NCBI GenBank assembly: GCA_050084985.1 | Contig: JBITNC010000001.1 | Coordinates: forward strand, 81,902,001 to 81,966,000 | Origin: Nageia nagi | Lineage: Eukaryota; Plantae; Pinophyta | Length of the DNA: 64,000 bases | Direction of reading: 5' to 3' | Part shown: positions 41,436-53,600 of the stretch, one piece after another | Layout: every line of letters begins with the position of its first letter | How positions within the stretch are numbered: the first letter of the stretch is position 1 | Notes under the pieces: generated by a model | What the model was told of the DNA's origin: nothing | The model's input: only the letters and a program-made list of their open reading frames with translations | The model's database searches: none | Position numbers and translations under genes: made by a program

Positions 41436-44400
41436 CGAAAGTATGATGAGAATTTTGTCATTTAACTTCTCTTTTTTTAATATTTTTATTTTTTAAGTTA
41501 ACAAAAGAGTAACACAAATTTAATAAAGAGGATAATGCCTTTGGTGTGGGTACCCACATAGAGAATAAGGAAGTGGAGCTATCCATGGATGGTAAAAAGT
41601 GGGATGGTATGACTATGATTGAGAAAAAAGATGATGGTGCACTAATTGGGAGTTATGTATTATAGGTTTAGGGTATAAGTTAGGTAATAATGGACATATG
41701 TAATAGTGACCAAATGGTTATGGGATCATATAAGAACCATTGTGTATGGGATATTACCATTGTAAAAGGATATAATGACCCTGGTGTGTAGGTAACAATG
41801 ATTGTAAAGGTATATAAGGACCATGATGTATTAGAGGTTGACGTTGCAAGCATAGATATGTTGGTCATGGACCAATATATATGGTTGATGTTGAATGAGA
41901 TAGATTATGATGGGAGGTGGAGGTGAGGTTGGTTTTGGTCAAGGTTTAAATATATGAAATGGATGATGGTGCATAACTAATGAGGTAGGTATAGTACCAA
42001 TTTTTTGTAATGGACATGGAGAAATTGTAAATGGTGGGAGGTCCATCAGAGGAGGTGATAATGGAGGTAGGTAAAAAATTATTAGTAGGGGATATTATTC
42101 TCTAAACATGTAAAATATATCACAATATTTATATGTAGGTGTATATGACTCCTCATTTATCTATTCAATTTCTAGTTGATTGGTATCTATTATATCTACT
42201 ATACAAACAAAAGATTTTGATATGTATTTATATGAGACAAAATCTTATAAAAAATGAAGTTTGATGTTATTGAATCTAATTTTCTTCACTTATGGTATGT
42301 GAGAATAATTATTAATCATAAATCAATGGCTATAATCAAGGAAAATAATTTCTTTTGACATCCTTTATGTGAACCAATGTACAATATCATTGGAAATCAT
42401 AAAGGTATTATTGATGTGCTATAAATAGTACATGTGTGTCTCTTCAAATGTGTAATCTATTACCAACTTTTATCCATAATATGGATAATATGGGTAGAAA
42501 ATATTGATAAAATCAATTTTAGAGTCATCCTTAAGCTATAATTTCTTTGTATTAAACTCAATAATTGATCATGGTCCTTGAATATCAATGGACCATGCAT
42601 TGGTATGATGTTCAAAGTATTTTTGAATCATTATTTGTTGCACTTATGTGGGACATTGAAGAAAATGTCCAATCAATCTATTAGGGAATTTTTGGATCAT
42701 TGTTATATATTTATCCCCTTTATAGCATGGTGCAAAATGGTTCACACACCAATTATACTAAAATGTAGGAGGCTTTTATTCTTTAAATGTTGAGATTCCT
42801 AATTTATGAGTTTCTTCTTGTGATACTTTTTTCTTCCTTGTTGTGTCACCATGAAAAGGAGGTTTAGGAAATATAGATTTTACCTGAAAGACTCTATTCC
42901 ATGTAAATCAAGATTCAAAAGTGTATTATTTGGCATGAACCAAGCTATAAATTAATAAATAAATTTTTCTTATTCAACTTTCTAATTAAACAACTAATCC
43001 AATCTAACCACATGGCAAATAAATATGCATAATTGTACAATCGTCTTACTATGTTATGCTTAAACTTGCCATCAAGGATTATTCTTAAGGTTTATTGATA
43101 TTATCAATATCTACATCATTAAATAAGAATAAATCATTGACATTCAAATAAATATTTACATTATATTCATGCTAATGCATTAAGAAACCTAACCGCATGG
43201 TGAGAATATATTGCTTAATAATATCTCTTTGCATATTCATGGGTAGACAAAGGATATTTATAATTTCTAGTAATGAAAATATTGCAACTTTATGTATGGA
43301 ATCATTTTCCAAATAGCGTGATTGGTGTAGTTGTAATGGCTATCCTCTATGAATAGGAACTGGCCTTGATGGTAAATTAAGGTGCTTGATTCTTTTCTCC
43401 TTATTTATAAAATAATTCTTTGTTAGGAGGATAAGAATATTTGAGTTGAAAGCTTTTAGAAAGCATTGCAAAAATATAAATAAATCTTTTTTAAATTTAA
43501 ATTTTTGTTAGTTACTTTTGTATGCTTTTTTTGTTTTTTGTTTTGTAAGTTATAGGAATGAATTTATGGTGTAGGATTTATGTGTGAAAAAGATAAAAAT
43601 GAGTAGCAATGATTGGTTCTTTCTCCTCAACTCCTTCCACGTTGACTAGATGATAGGCTTCAAATCTATTTTTTTTAACAATAGGAGGACCTAGCCAATT
43701 GGGTGCAAACTTATCTTATAATTGACACTCTTGATGTGAATTTTGTTGATTATCTTTTAGAAAAATATCACCTACTTAAAATTATCATACTTTCACTTTA
43801 TTATCATAAGAGTGCTTGGGTAGACATGCATATGTTGTACAGAAAATATATAATGTACATCTAAGAGAAATAGTTGATCTAAGTGACTTGATCAAAAAGC
43901 TCATTAGTGATGTATTCTTATAAAGATATCTTGAGAGAGGGACTTTTGATTTCAATGGATAGGAAAGCCTATGAACCATAAACTAAAAAAAGGGAGTAGC
44001 ACCTATAAACATATAAATATTGATATGATAATCCCATAAGATTTGAGGGATTTGCTATTTTGAGCAATATACTTTGTATAGTTTATTTGTAACTTTTTTT
44101 TGACCATTTCCTTAAAGATATTATGGAGTGGAGAAGCTATGTTTGATATTGTATCCATTACAAAGGGATTTAACATATTTATTTTTAAATTTTTTATCAT
44201 TATCAATTATAATTTGGAAAATAATATCAAAATGATAAATTATGTAATATTTTATGAATTCATTTATATTGTATCCTTTGTTTGATATTAGGGATGTTTC
44301 TTCAACCAATTTTGTAAAATATTCATTAGTTGTGATTATAAATTTATGTCCTCTAGAGTAAGGATGAGAAATAAAGCAATAAGGTTGAATCCCCATCTAG

Positions 44401-46994
44401 ACAAAGGTCAAATATCTTGCATAGATTGTAATGCTTGAGAAGGTTGATTACATAAATGTGCATAATATTCACATATTCATTTCAATTACATTCCATGGTA
44501 GCCTAATAATGTCCCAACCTCATAAGATATTTTATGATTTTGAGTCCACTATAATGATCATATATTTCATTATGTATAAAAGAAATAGCTATTTGGGAGT
44601 CTAGCTACTCAAGGCATCTAAGAAATATTTCATCATATCCATGATAGTAGAGCACATCCCCCAATATACAATAGCAAGAAGATTTTATCTTAAATTCTCA
44701 TTTAGCTGACTTGTTCATGTCCCTAGATTCTACCCCATGTTTAAGTAGGTTGACTAATTAAGTGTACCAAAAGTTTTTATCTTCATCCAAATGGATAAAT
44801 AATATTTGAAGTATCATCAAATTTAATTGATGATTGTTTAATTTGAACTACTTCCACATGAATAACTTGTTGATGTGGATTTTAGGGTATAAGGGAACCT
44901 AGAGAAGCCATAATATTTTCAAATCTATTTGTTGATTAGGGTGAGAATTCTATCTCATATTTCTCAAATATTTTAAGAAGGTTCTCTACTACCTTATTAT
45001 AATATTGTAAAAGGGATTCTTTACATTAGAATATGCCCTTGAATTGGTTGATAATCAATAAAGTGTCTCTTCTAAGTTTGATATTTTTTAATTTGGATTT
45101 AATAACTATCTTTAGATCAAGTATCAATGATTTATATTCTACATTATTATTGACGCAAGAGAAATCTAGTCTAAAATGAGTATTACTTGAGGAGTGATGA
45201 AGACAACACCAAAATCTCCTCCTTATTCGTAACTAGAACCATCAAAGTAAATCACCATATCCCAATCATCCTCATGTGAAACTAAGATTTCTACTTCATC
45301 TAACTAAAAGAAATATTCATATGGGAGCTCTATCATAAGAGTCTTATCATCCTCAAAGGGTGCATTTGCAAGGTAATCTATAATGATTAAATCTTAAATG
45401 AATTTCTGACCCATGAATTTTAAATCACATTTAGCTAGGAGCATAATCCATTTTATTTTCTGTAACAACTCACCTGATGGCACTATTTGACCTCGAGTAC
45501 TATCAAGGATGTGAATGAATTCATGTTTGAATTATTACTATATGGTGATGAATTTTGAGTGGAGATATTTATCATTTGTGTCAAGTTGATGTTGGCTTCA
45601 AGATTTTGTACGATGCAATTAACAAGTCGACCTAGCAAAGGAACTAAGACAAAGATCCTAGAGAACCAGGATGAGTGATTAAGGGAATAGTTTGGTAAGA
45701 GCAAAAAATTAATTAGCATGGAATTGCTGACAGATTCATAAGGATCCTTCGTAAATCATATAGATGCATAATAAAACTATGTTTTCAAAAATATCTATGT
45801 GAATATGAATGTGCACTAATAAATTTATCTTACAAGATGAAGGGATCATTGCAGGTAATAAATGTGTGTTTAAAAGATTAATGTGTATTTTTAAAAGTTT
45901 ATTTCTTACCTACAAGAAATATTCTATTGATTAAAATTCAAATTTTAACTAAGGACATTGGTAACAATTAATAAAATTTAACTTAGAGATAAGAGATAGC
46001 ACTTATCTTTTCTTCATAATTAGACTACTTTGGCACTTCAAAAAATAATTGAGTTCATAACCCCATCCAATTTATTATTTGAAAATAGGTGCTAATGATT
46101 TGAAATAAAATCTTATAGATGTCTCAAAACTTTTACAAAAATATCAACATCTCCACCTTTAAATATAACTGTGATGAGATGGAACAATAGTTTTTTTCTT
46201 GGAAGGATTAGCCCCATTTGGCCTATAAATATTGAGGACTTTTAGAGGAATAGATATTCTCTTCCATTCTTTCCAAAAACTCTAGTTTAGAGTCCTATGG
46301 AGAAAAGAACCCCCTCCTCTTAAGCTCAGGTACTCTTCCTATTACTTTTTAGACATTTGGTATCAAAAATGCTTGGTTATATTTATTGTAGTTTTATTTG
46401 ATTCTTTATGAAAATAAAGTATTATGGGAAAAGAATTCATTGTAATTTGGTACTCTTACATATGAAGTTTTTGTGCAAATGATTAGAAAAGTTATGTTGC
46501 ATTTATTATCAATAATTTGAAGAAAGACAAGTTCATTTAATTGTTTTACTATTAAAGTACTTTAAAAAAGTTTTCTTTGCAATTATTTGATATTCTTTTA
46601 TGTAGAATTTTCCATAATTATTGAGTTACGCTGTAAAGTATACTTGCATTTATTGTTGTTTGCTAAAATATTTGTGATAGTAATATTATTAAAGTACTTA
46701 AGAGACTTTTGATTAGTATAGGACATGTGAAGTTTTGTACTATCTACCTAATGGTATAGTTAAAGAGAGATAAATCCTTAAATTTGCTGGGTAGTATGGC
46801 AAAACATGACCAGCTTTTACAAGATTTATTAATTTAAAAACTAGACTTCACATCTAGATTTTATATCGTTTCCAAGACTTTTATTGTGGTTATTCAATGG
46901 TCATTTTTGTGTTGAGAATAGACTTTGTCATTGTGTTTTTCCTGAAATCTGGATTGATAAGCTTCCTCGAATTACACTTGATAATTGCTTTTTG

Positions 46995-48216
46995 AGTCGA
47001 AAGAATTTCTTCAAAGGTTTCAGATTTCAGTTTTATGCCTGCCTATTAAATCTATTGCACTTCTTCAGAAAACCCATCTGTGCGTATGCTATCCTCTTCT
47101 CAATCCATGAAAATGTGCGCATCATATACGCTGACATTCAATTCATACCTTGTGTATTTTTTTTACATAATAGCTCTGACCACAATATTTGACAAGAATC
47201 CATTTCCAATTACTTTTCAATGGATCCCCATATCTTCTTCTAGAACTTCCATGGTGGCGAATACCAAAAGAATACTGGGAAAGGATTCAAAGTTTAAATC
47301 TCCTCTTGGGCATCGCACCCTTATAGAAAACCCATTTTATGCTTTTCCTGCTATCAGTACAGCCATGAAACTCTGCTGCGCCATACTCACTATCAAACGA
47401 CTCCTGAGCTTTGTATATTTCTCGCATTCATATAATAGGCATCCACAGCCACAATATTGGATGAGTAACCATTTTCAATTACTCTTGATAGATATTTCTT
47501 CAAGGACTCCCACGTTGATACATACCAGATGAACTGTGTTTGTGTAAAGGTCTCCATCGCCCTCTTAGGAATCTCAAATTTCTGTCATTACAGTTCATGT
47601 AGCTGAGTGCGTCAAATATACTGTCAAACAATGCCTTAGCCTGATAAACTATTTACGTTTTGTAATCATACTTACCATATCAGATGAGAATCCATTTTTA
47701 ACTATTCTTTGATGAATCTCTATATCTGATCAAAGGTCTCCATGTTAGTAAACACTAAAAGAATGTTGAAAAACGGTTTTAGAGTTTAGATTTACTCCTA
47801 AAAATCACATTTATTTAAACTTTTCCACAGCCTTCATAGAAAATTCAATCTGTGGACCTTCTAAAAATACTTTGTCAAACAAACTCTTACAATGTATCTG
47901 ATCTGTGCTTATCCAACGTCCATTGCATTCTCTGAGATTGTGCAATTTCTTTTGTGCACACCCAACTCCTAATACTTCCTTTGAGACTGCGCGGATCCTT
48001 TATACATACCAACGACCATTGAATTCTCTGAAACGACTTTTTGATAGACATTTTATTAACGGATCTTATTTCTGGCCGCCGAGATTTCTATCAGTTTCTT
48101 GTACAGAAAGTAATAAGATTCAAAGAGTTGATTAATTGCTAAACTCCTCTAAAACGCGATGTGTTCAATATGTGCGTATTAATCCAAAAGTTAGATTCGA
48201 CGCTTTGTAATGTCAT
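46995..48216 (-). pseudogene. Degenerate PLS-class PPR coding array inside the 4.6-kb solo LTR
   Basis: Minus-strand blocks in order: VVSENSMVV(G)YVYKG; ISENAMDVG*AQI; FSMKAVEKFK*M*FLGVNLNSKT; IEIHQRIVKNGFSSDMV; VYQAKALFDSIFDA; VIENGYSSNIVAVDA; IYKAQESFDS; VSW.VLIAGKA*NGFS; LNFESFPSILLVFATMEVLEEDMGIH*KVIGNGFLSNIVV (47303-47166); IAYAQMGF; AGIKLKSETFEEIL. Confidence 0.9.
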
Positions 48217-48685
48217 AGAAAGTAAAATAAGTAATTAACGATGGAATTGTAAATAAGGGTAGTTTAACTTATTGAGCATATAATTTTTAGTATTTGCCAA
48301 CCTTTAAAATAGGATTTTTGGTAAATATTTATACAAATGGTATTTATTTAAAAAGATGCTATCCTTTTATGGTTAATGATTTAGTAATTCATTGTATATT
48401 GTATATTCTTCGTAGGTATTTCGGTAATTCTTTATTATTCCATTCTTTTATGTAAACAAAAAAATGTGATTCCTCTACGAAAAAAAAATTGATGAATAAA
48501 TAATATATTGATTTTTAGTTTCCTGCTGAAAGTGCATTTTGTAAACAAAATAGAGGTTTACTAGTATTTGAAAAATTGCTAAGTTAGTCACGGAGAAATT
48601 ACCAACTTTTAGCAAAACCTTAACTGAACCTTATAAAGTCTTTCGTAGGTAGGATGTTATTTTATGAATAGATAACGTTTTTTGT

Positions 48686-48691
<6 letters not shown>

Positions 48692-48732
<41 letters not shown>
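48692..48732. repeat. (AT)n microsatellite, about 20 units
   Basis: Direct reading. Confidence 0.95.
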
Positions 48733-48736
<4 letters not shown>

Positions 48737-50362
48737 TAAAAAATGAGATTGAGGGATAAATATTATTATCATTTAAAGATTAAATATAAATATTTTATTT
48801 AAAAATAATGATAATTGTAGAGGATGTAAGTATGATGGGAATTATGTAGATTATATGTTTCTATGAAAGTATTTAGAAAATGATTTAAAATACATAGATA
48901 AACTTTATTGAACTAATAAAATTGGATGTATGGAATGTGGTGTTTCTTGAAATAAGATTATTCTTTAATGCTATCTTAATTGAATGGGTCTCCTTTTATA
49001 ATATCATACTTTAAGGTCGAGGAAGGGAGGTAGCTTCACCAAAGGTATAAAACCTCCCAAGACCATAAATTATGTTAAACTCTAAGTAGGTGAGTGTTAA
49101 ATGAATGAATGAAAATATAAATAAAATTCATTAGGGTCCAAGAGTGATGAGCTGTCCTAATCCTCATGATCCCTTCTTAATACCTATGATCACTCATTCT
49201 ACAAACCTTGCAGATTTTGCAAAAGGGAGATAGTATGAGAACTTATGAAGATCCCTCCTTACCAAGGAGCTTATTGAATGAAGATTTATGCAAATGATGT
49301 ACTTAATGTACTTATGATGTATCATACTATTGCTATGTAATCAAGCATCATAGAATAGAAAGAGAAGAAGTTATCATCTCTTATCATGTAATATTCATGT
49401 AGGATTTGGATTTGGTAATATAATGGTGATCCATGATATTACATAATATGTAAGTATAATGTAGGACATGTAATGAATTATAGATTCAGTGATCTAGAAA
49501 GAATTTACTAGGATTTTGAGACGATGGATAAATATGAAGTACATTTGATAAATATTTTTGTTAAACTCACCTTAGGTAGTCAAGAATGGTCAATACTATC
49601 ATTAATTCTTACTCCAAAGTTAGAATGTAAGGGATTTAGACTAAAAATTTATGTTTAGGACCATATAGGAAATGCTAGGGATCCTTTGGAAATAATGTGG
49701 AGATACTATAGGAAATAATTGGGGTGCTTGAGATTATTGTGGAATCTAAAGCATAAGTTTTCTCGAATGTTGATATTAAATCTTTATGGTGTAACAAGTA
49801 TACTTTCTAAAGTTCTAGGATATAGTAATAAAATAAGGGCCCGATCATCACGAGTATCCTTTCACAAATGAAGGTAGGAATACTTGGTGATCATACCCTT
49901 ATTCTTAAAAAGAATAGATGAAAGATTTTTAAAGTCAATAATGCAACAATATGTAAATCATGTGGGATATTTGGTTTTTAAATAGTAAATCTTGAGAACC
50001 CAACAAATTGATAATGATAGCAAAAAAAAAAGATCTTAAATTTAAGGGGTTAATATGGTGAAAGTTTGAGTAGAGTTACATTTTCATAGTGTTTTCATAT
50101 GTCTTATTCATCATATATATCGAATAGGATCAACTTTGGTGATAATATATGTGGTATAATTCAATATATAATGTCTAATATTTTTAGTTGTAAATATAAC
50201 TGCAAGACATAAATTTTTCTATATACACATACTTGATCTTATAACTAACCATGGTATGAATAATATAATATATTAGTAGTTCTTTATTAGTCTCATTCTT
50301 TTGTGTGAGGATAGCCCTTACAATGAAGTTAGTTGTAGATATGTATAATAAGAATGGGATAC

Positions 50363-50631
50363 TGTTATGAACTGTTACACCAAAAGGTTGACCTATTAGT
50401 GAATCCACACACCTAGGATCTTAACATTCCACCACACTCCGCATCTGATGTCCTCGACGGCTCTCACTTGTGGCGGCTCTCACTCTAGTCTTCTCTAGGT
50501 AGCCCTTTCCATAGTAGCCCTTTCCAGTGATTCAAACTTGGGACGTATGGCCTGCTCTGATACCAAATGTTATGAACCGTTACACCAAAAGGTCGACCTA
50601 TTAGTGAATCTGCACACCCAGGATCTTAACA
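50363..50631 (-). mobile_element. Miniature TRIM retrotransposon, 269 bp with 64-bp LTRs
   Basis: LTRs 50363-50426 and 50568-50631 (tgtta..taaca). Perfect TSD gatac. Perfect PBS gctctgatacca at 50554-50565. 141-bp internal region. Removing it restores the host frame LLSPPILASLRDGIPFLLYIS. Confidence 0.96.
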
Positions 50632-53600
50632 GATACCATCCCTAAGAGATGCTAGGATTGGAGGTGATAAGAGATATTTCTTTATAATATCAAAACCTTT
50701 TTGATAGTTCCCATTCCAATTAAATTTGGTGCCTTTATTCAATAGAGTATTAAAAGGTTTACATTTATCAGAAAACTGTGAGATGAAGCACCTTATAGCT
50801 TGGAGTTTACCTTGTAAGTTTTGTAATTATTTTAAATTAGAGGGGGGAAGCACATACATGATCACCTTTACTTTGTTAGGATTGACCTCAATTCCTCATC
50901 TATAGATAATGAATCCTAATAAATTTCCTAAAGTTACTCCAAACATATATTTCTTAGGATTAAGTCTCACATTATGTTCTAGTAGTCTATCTAAGATTTT
51001 GCAAAGAACTTCTTAATGTCCTTCTTTAGTATTAGATTTAGCTAGTAAATCATCAACATAATCTTTAGCAATATCATGGATGTAAGTGTGTAAGATATAA
51101 TTCATATTCTTTTGATAAGTCACCTTGACATTCTTTAAGCCAAAGGGCATAACTTTGTAATAGAAGGTCCCTTAAGTAGTGGTGAAGGCAATTTTGTATT
51201 AATATTCTATGGAGATTCTTATCTAATTATATCTAGAGAATCTATCTATTATACAAAAAATCTAATTTCCCACAATAGAGTCTACTAGGGTGTTGATATT
51301 TGGTAAAGGAATGTCATCCTTAGGACAAACTTTGTTAAGATCTCTAATATCTACACAAGCAAATTTTTCTTATGGGTTTTTTATAAAGATCATATTTTAA
51401 ATACAATCAGAATAATTAATAGATTGGATAAATTTGGCTTCAAGAAAATTTTGTAGCTCATCCTTTACCATGAGAGTTAATGTAGGGTGCATTTTCTGCA
51501 TCTTTTGTTTAACAAATTTTGCATCTAATTTTAGACCTAACTTATACACCACTAGGTATGAATATAATCCAAGCATATCATCATAGGACTTAGAAAATAT
51601 ATTTTATTTTTCTTTAAGTAATTTTGTAATATCATGTAACCATTATGAATCCAATGATTTACTAAGTTGTATGATCTTAGGATTTTATGGATCATTATTT
51701 AAAGACACTTCAATTGTATCTTCTATTGGCATATGAGAGTTATATTCTAATTGGCTAGGAAATGGGATCCAATGATTATCAGTGATATTATATTTTATGT
51801 CTTATCAATCATATTGATTATTTGTAACATAATTTATTTTTACTTCAAAGTGTTGAAAGATAGTATCAACATATTTAAAGTTATTAATAGTTGGATTGTT
51901 AGCTAATAATATGAAATTTACATAATTTTCATCAATTATGCTATGAGAAAGACCTACAACAAGATCATATATTTTTGACCAAATAAACTCATAACTCCTA
52001 GACCAATCAAAAATAGGTATAGCTTCTAAATTTGATGATTTCTTCTCTTTAATTAATACCATATTTATTGTAGATCTTGTTGATATGAAGTACTTCATAA
52101 GGAAGCTTGATTGATGTGAAGATTATCCTATTTATATGGAATTATTAAATGAGATAAGTCTTTATTAATTAAATTATAATGGAGTTGAGATCCACATGAA
52201 GTTGGTTGAGGTAAATGAGCTTTCATATGATGAAACTAATAAACTTTAAATTTTGGTTCATTCAAGCAATGATTTAAGAGAAAACATTGACTATAGTCAT
52301 AGATAATTTTTTGACTAGACATCTTATGAGCCAATTGTTGAATAGTTAGATCTTGAAAGAGGTTTTTGATTAATGATATTTGAGCATGCCACTCATTTGT
52401 ACTTTTTTAGTAATAGCATAATGCATCACAATGTGTAATGTAGAATAAGGCCAACAAAGGTATAACATGTTAATAAGTAGAATTTCTTATCCATTCATGA
52501 AGATCATCTCAAACACATCAATGTATATTATCACATTATTATAATGAATATTGACTTTCCATGTAGATGATGGTTTATAATACTTTTCTGCAATTAATCT
52601 TTGGATCTCCATGGGTAAGGTAAAAAGTGTTTTAACTTTTTAAGATTAAAAGGAAGATAACAATCTTATTGCATGGTATCCAACACAAGATGAGGGATAT
52701 GAATCTCCATCATGCATTGATTCTTATGAGTTTCTTTCATTGTGAGTAAGTATGTGAGAGATACCAATCATATTTACATGATGTACTATAAATTCAAGGT
52801 TCTCTTATCTTGAATTTTGATCCTAGTTATCTTGGTTTATTGGTTATTGAATGGCCAAATTTTGAATTTAATTTTGTGTTTCAACCAGTTTAAGAATTGG
52901 TTGAAAATTTTATGGTTGACCATCACATATATGAAACAATATCCTATTTTGAATAACAATTCCTTATGGTAATCTAATTTTTTTATTTACTGGAGTCCAT
53001 TATGGTTCAAGATACTTTGTAGTTAATGTATAATTATGCTTATATTTAATAATTATATTAGGAGCTATTTGGACACAAAGCCATTGAGGTCTTCTCAATA
53101 CCTTAGGACATTACAAATAAATAATTAGATTTATATTGTAACTATTAGAAAATAGTATAGACATCGAAGAAGTTAATTAGAATAGATCTTTCTAAGTAAA
53201 CTATATCCAATTATCATATAAATTGAATGATATCATATTTTTTATTCTTCATATTCAGAAGATCATATAGTTCATACATTCATAGATGATATACTTTTTG
53301 AATATTGCCTTTATAACGTATACCTCTCTTATCATTGAACATTTGATACCTTATTTTAACTATATATATGGGTCCTTGCTTATGATTCTCAATATCAAAC
53401 CCTTTCCATTGATAATATTCAAAGCTCTTTTGTAGAAAAGAACACATATTAAGGGTTAAATATGTCAAATTATTGTAAAAAGATTATGAGTTTAAAGGTG
53501 TAAAGATATTAGGAATAGGGATATCAAACCTTGTGTAGAAAAATAAGGTATTATTTAGAGGAACTTTGAAAGGTACAAACTGACCCACCGTCATTGAAGA

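Larger units (their letters stand above)
45461..50080. mobile_element. 4620-bp insertion with LTR-type ends, most likely a large solo LTR
   Basis: Starts tgtaac, ends gttaca. Perfect TSD ttttc (45456-45460, 50081-50085). Removing it restores the host RNase H frame NKTYENTMKIKWIMLL. Plus-strand cctataaat at about 46222. No TE coding domains and no second repeat seen. Confidence 0.85.

Noticed and set aside
46884-48135. Plus-strand ORFs 46884-47192, 47080-47532 and 47905-48135 as genes, or the PPR relic as a functional gene
   Set aside because: The plus ORFs are antisense shadows. The PPR frame has many stops, frameshifts and deletions, and no E/DYW domain was seen.
50363-50631. Cassandra TRIM (5S rRNA-bearing LTRs)
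   Set aside because: The 64-bp LTRs show no recognisable 5S A/C boxes.
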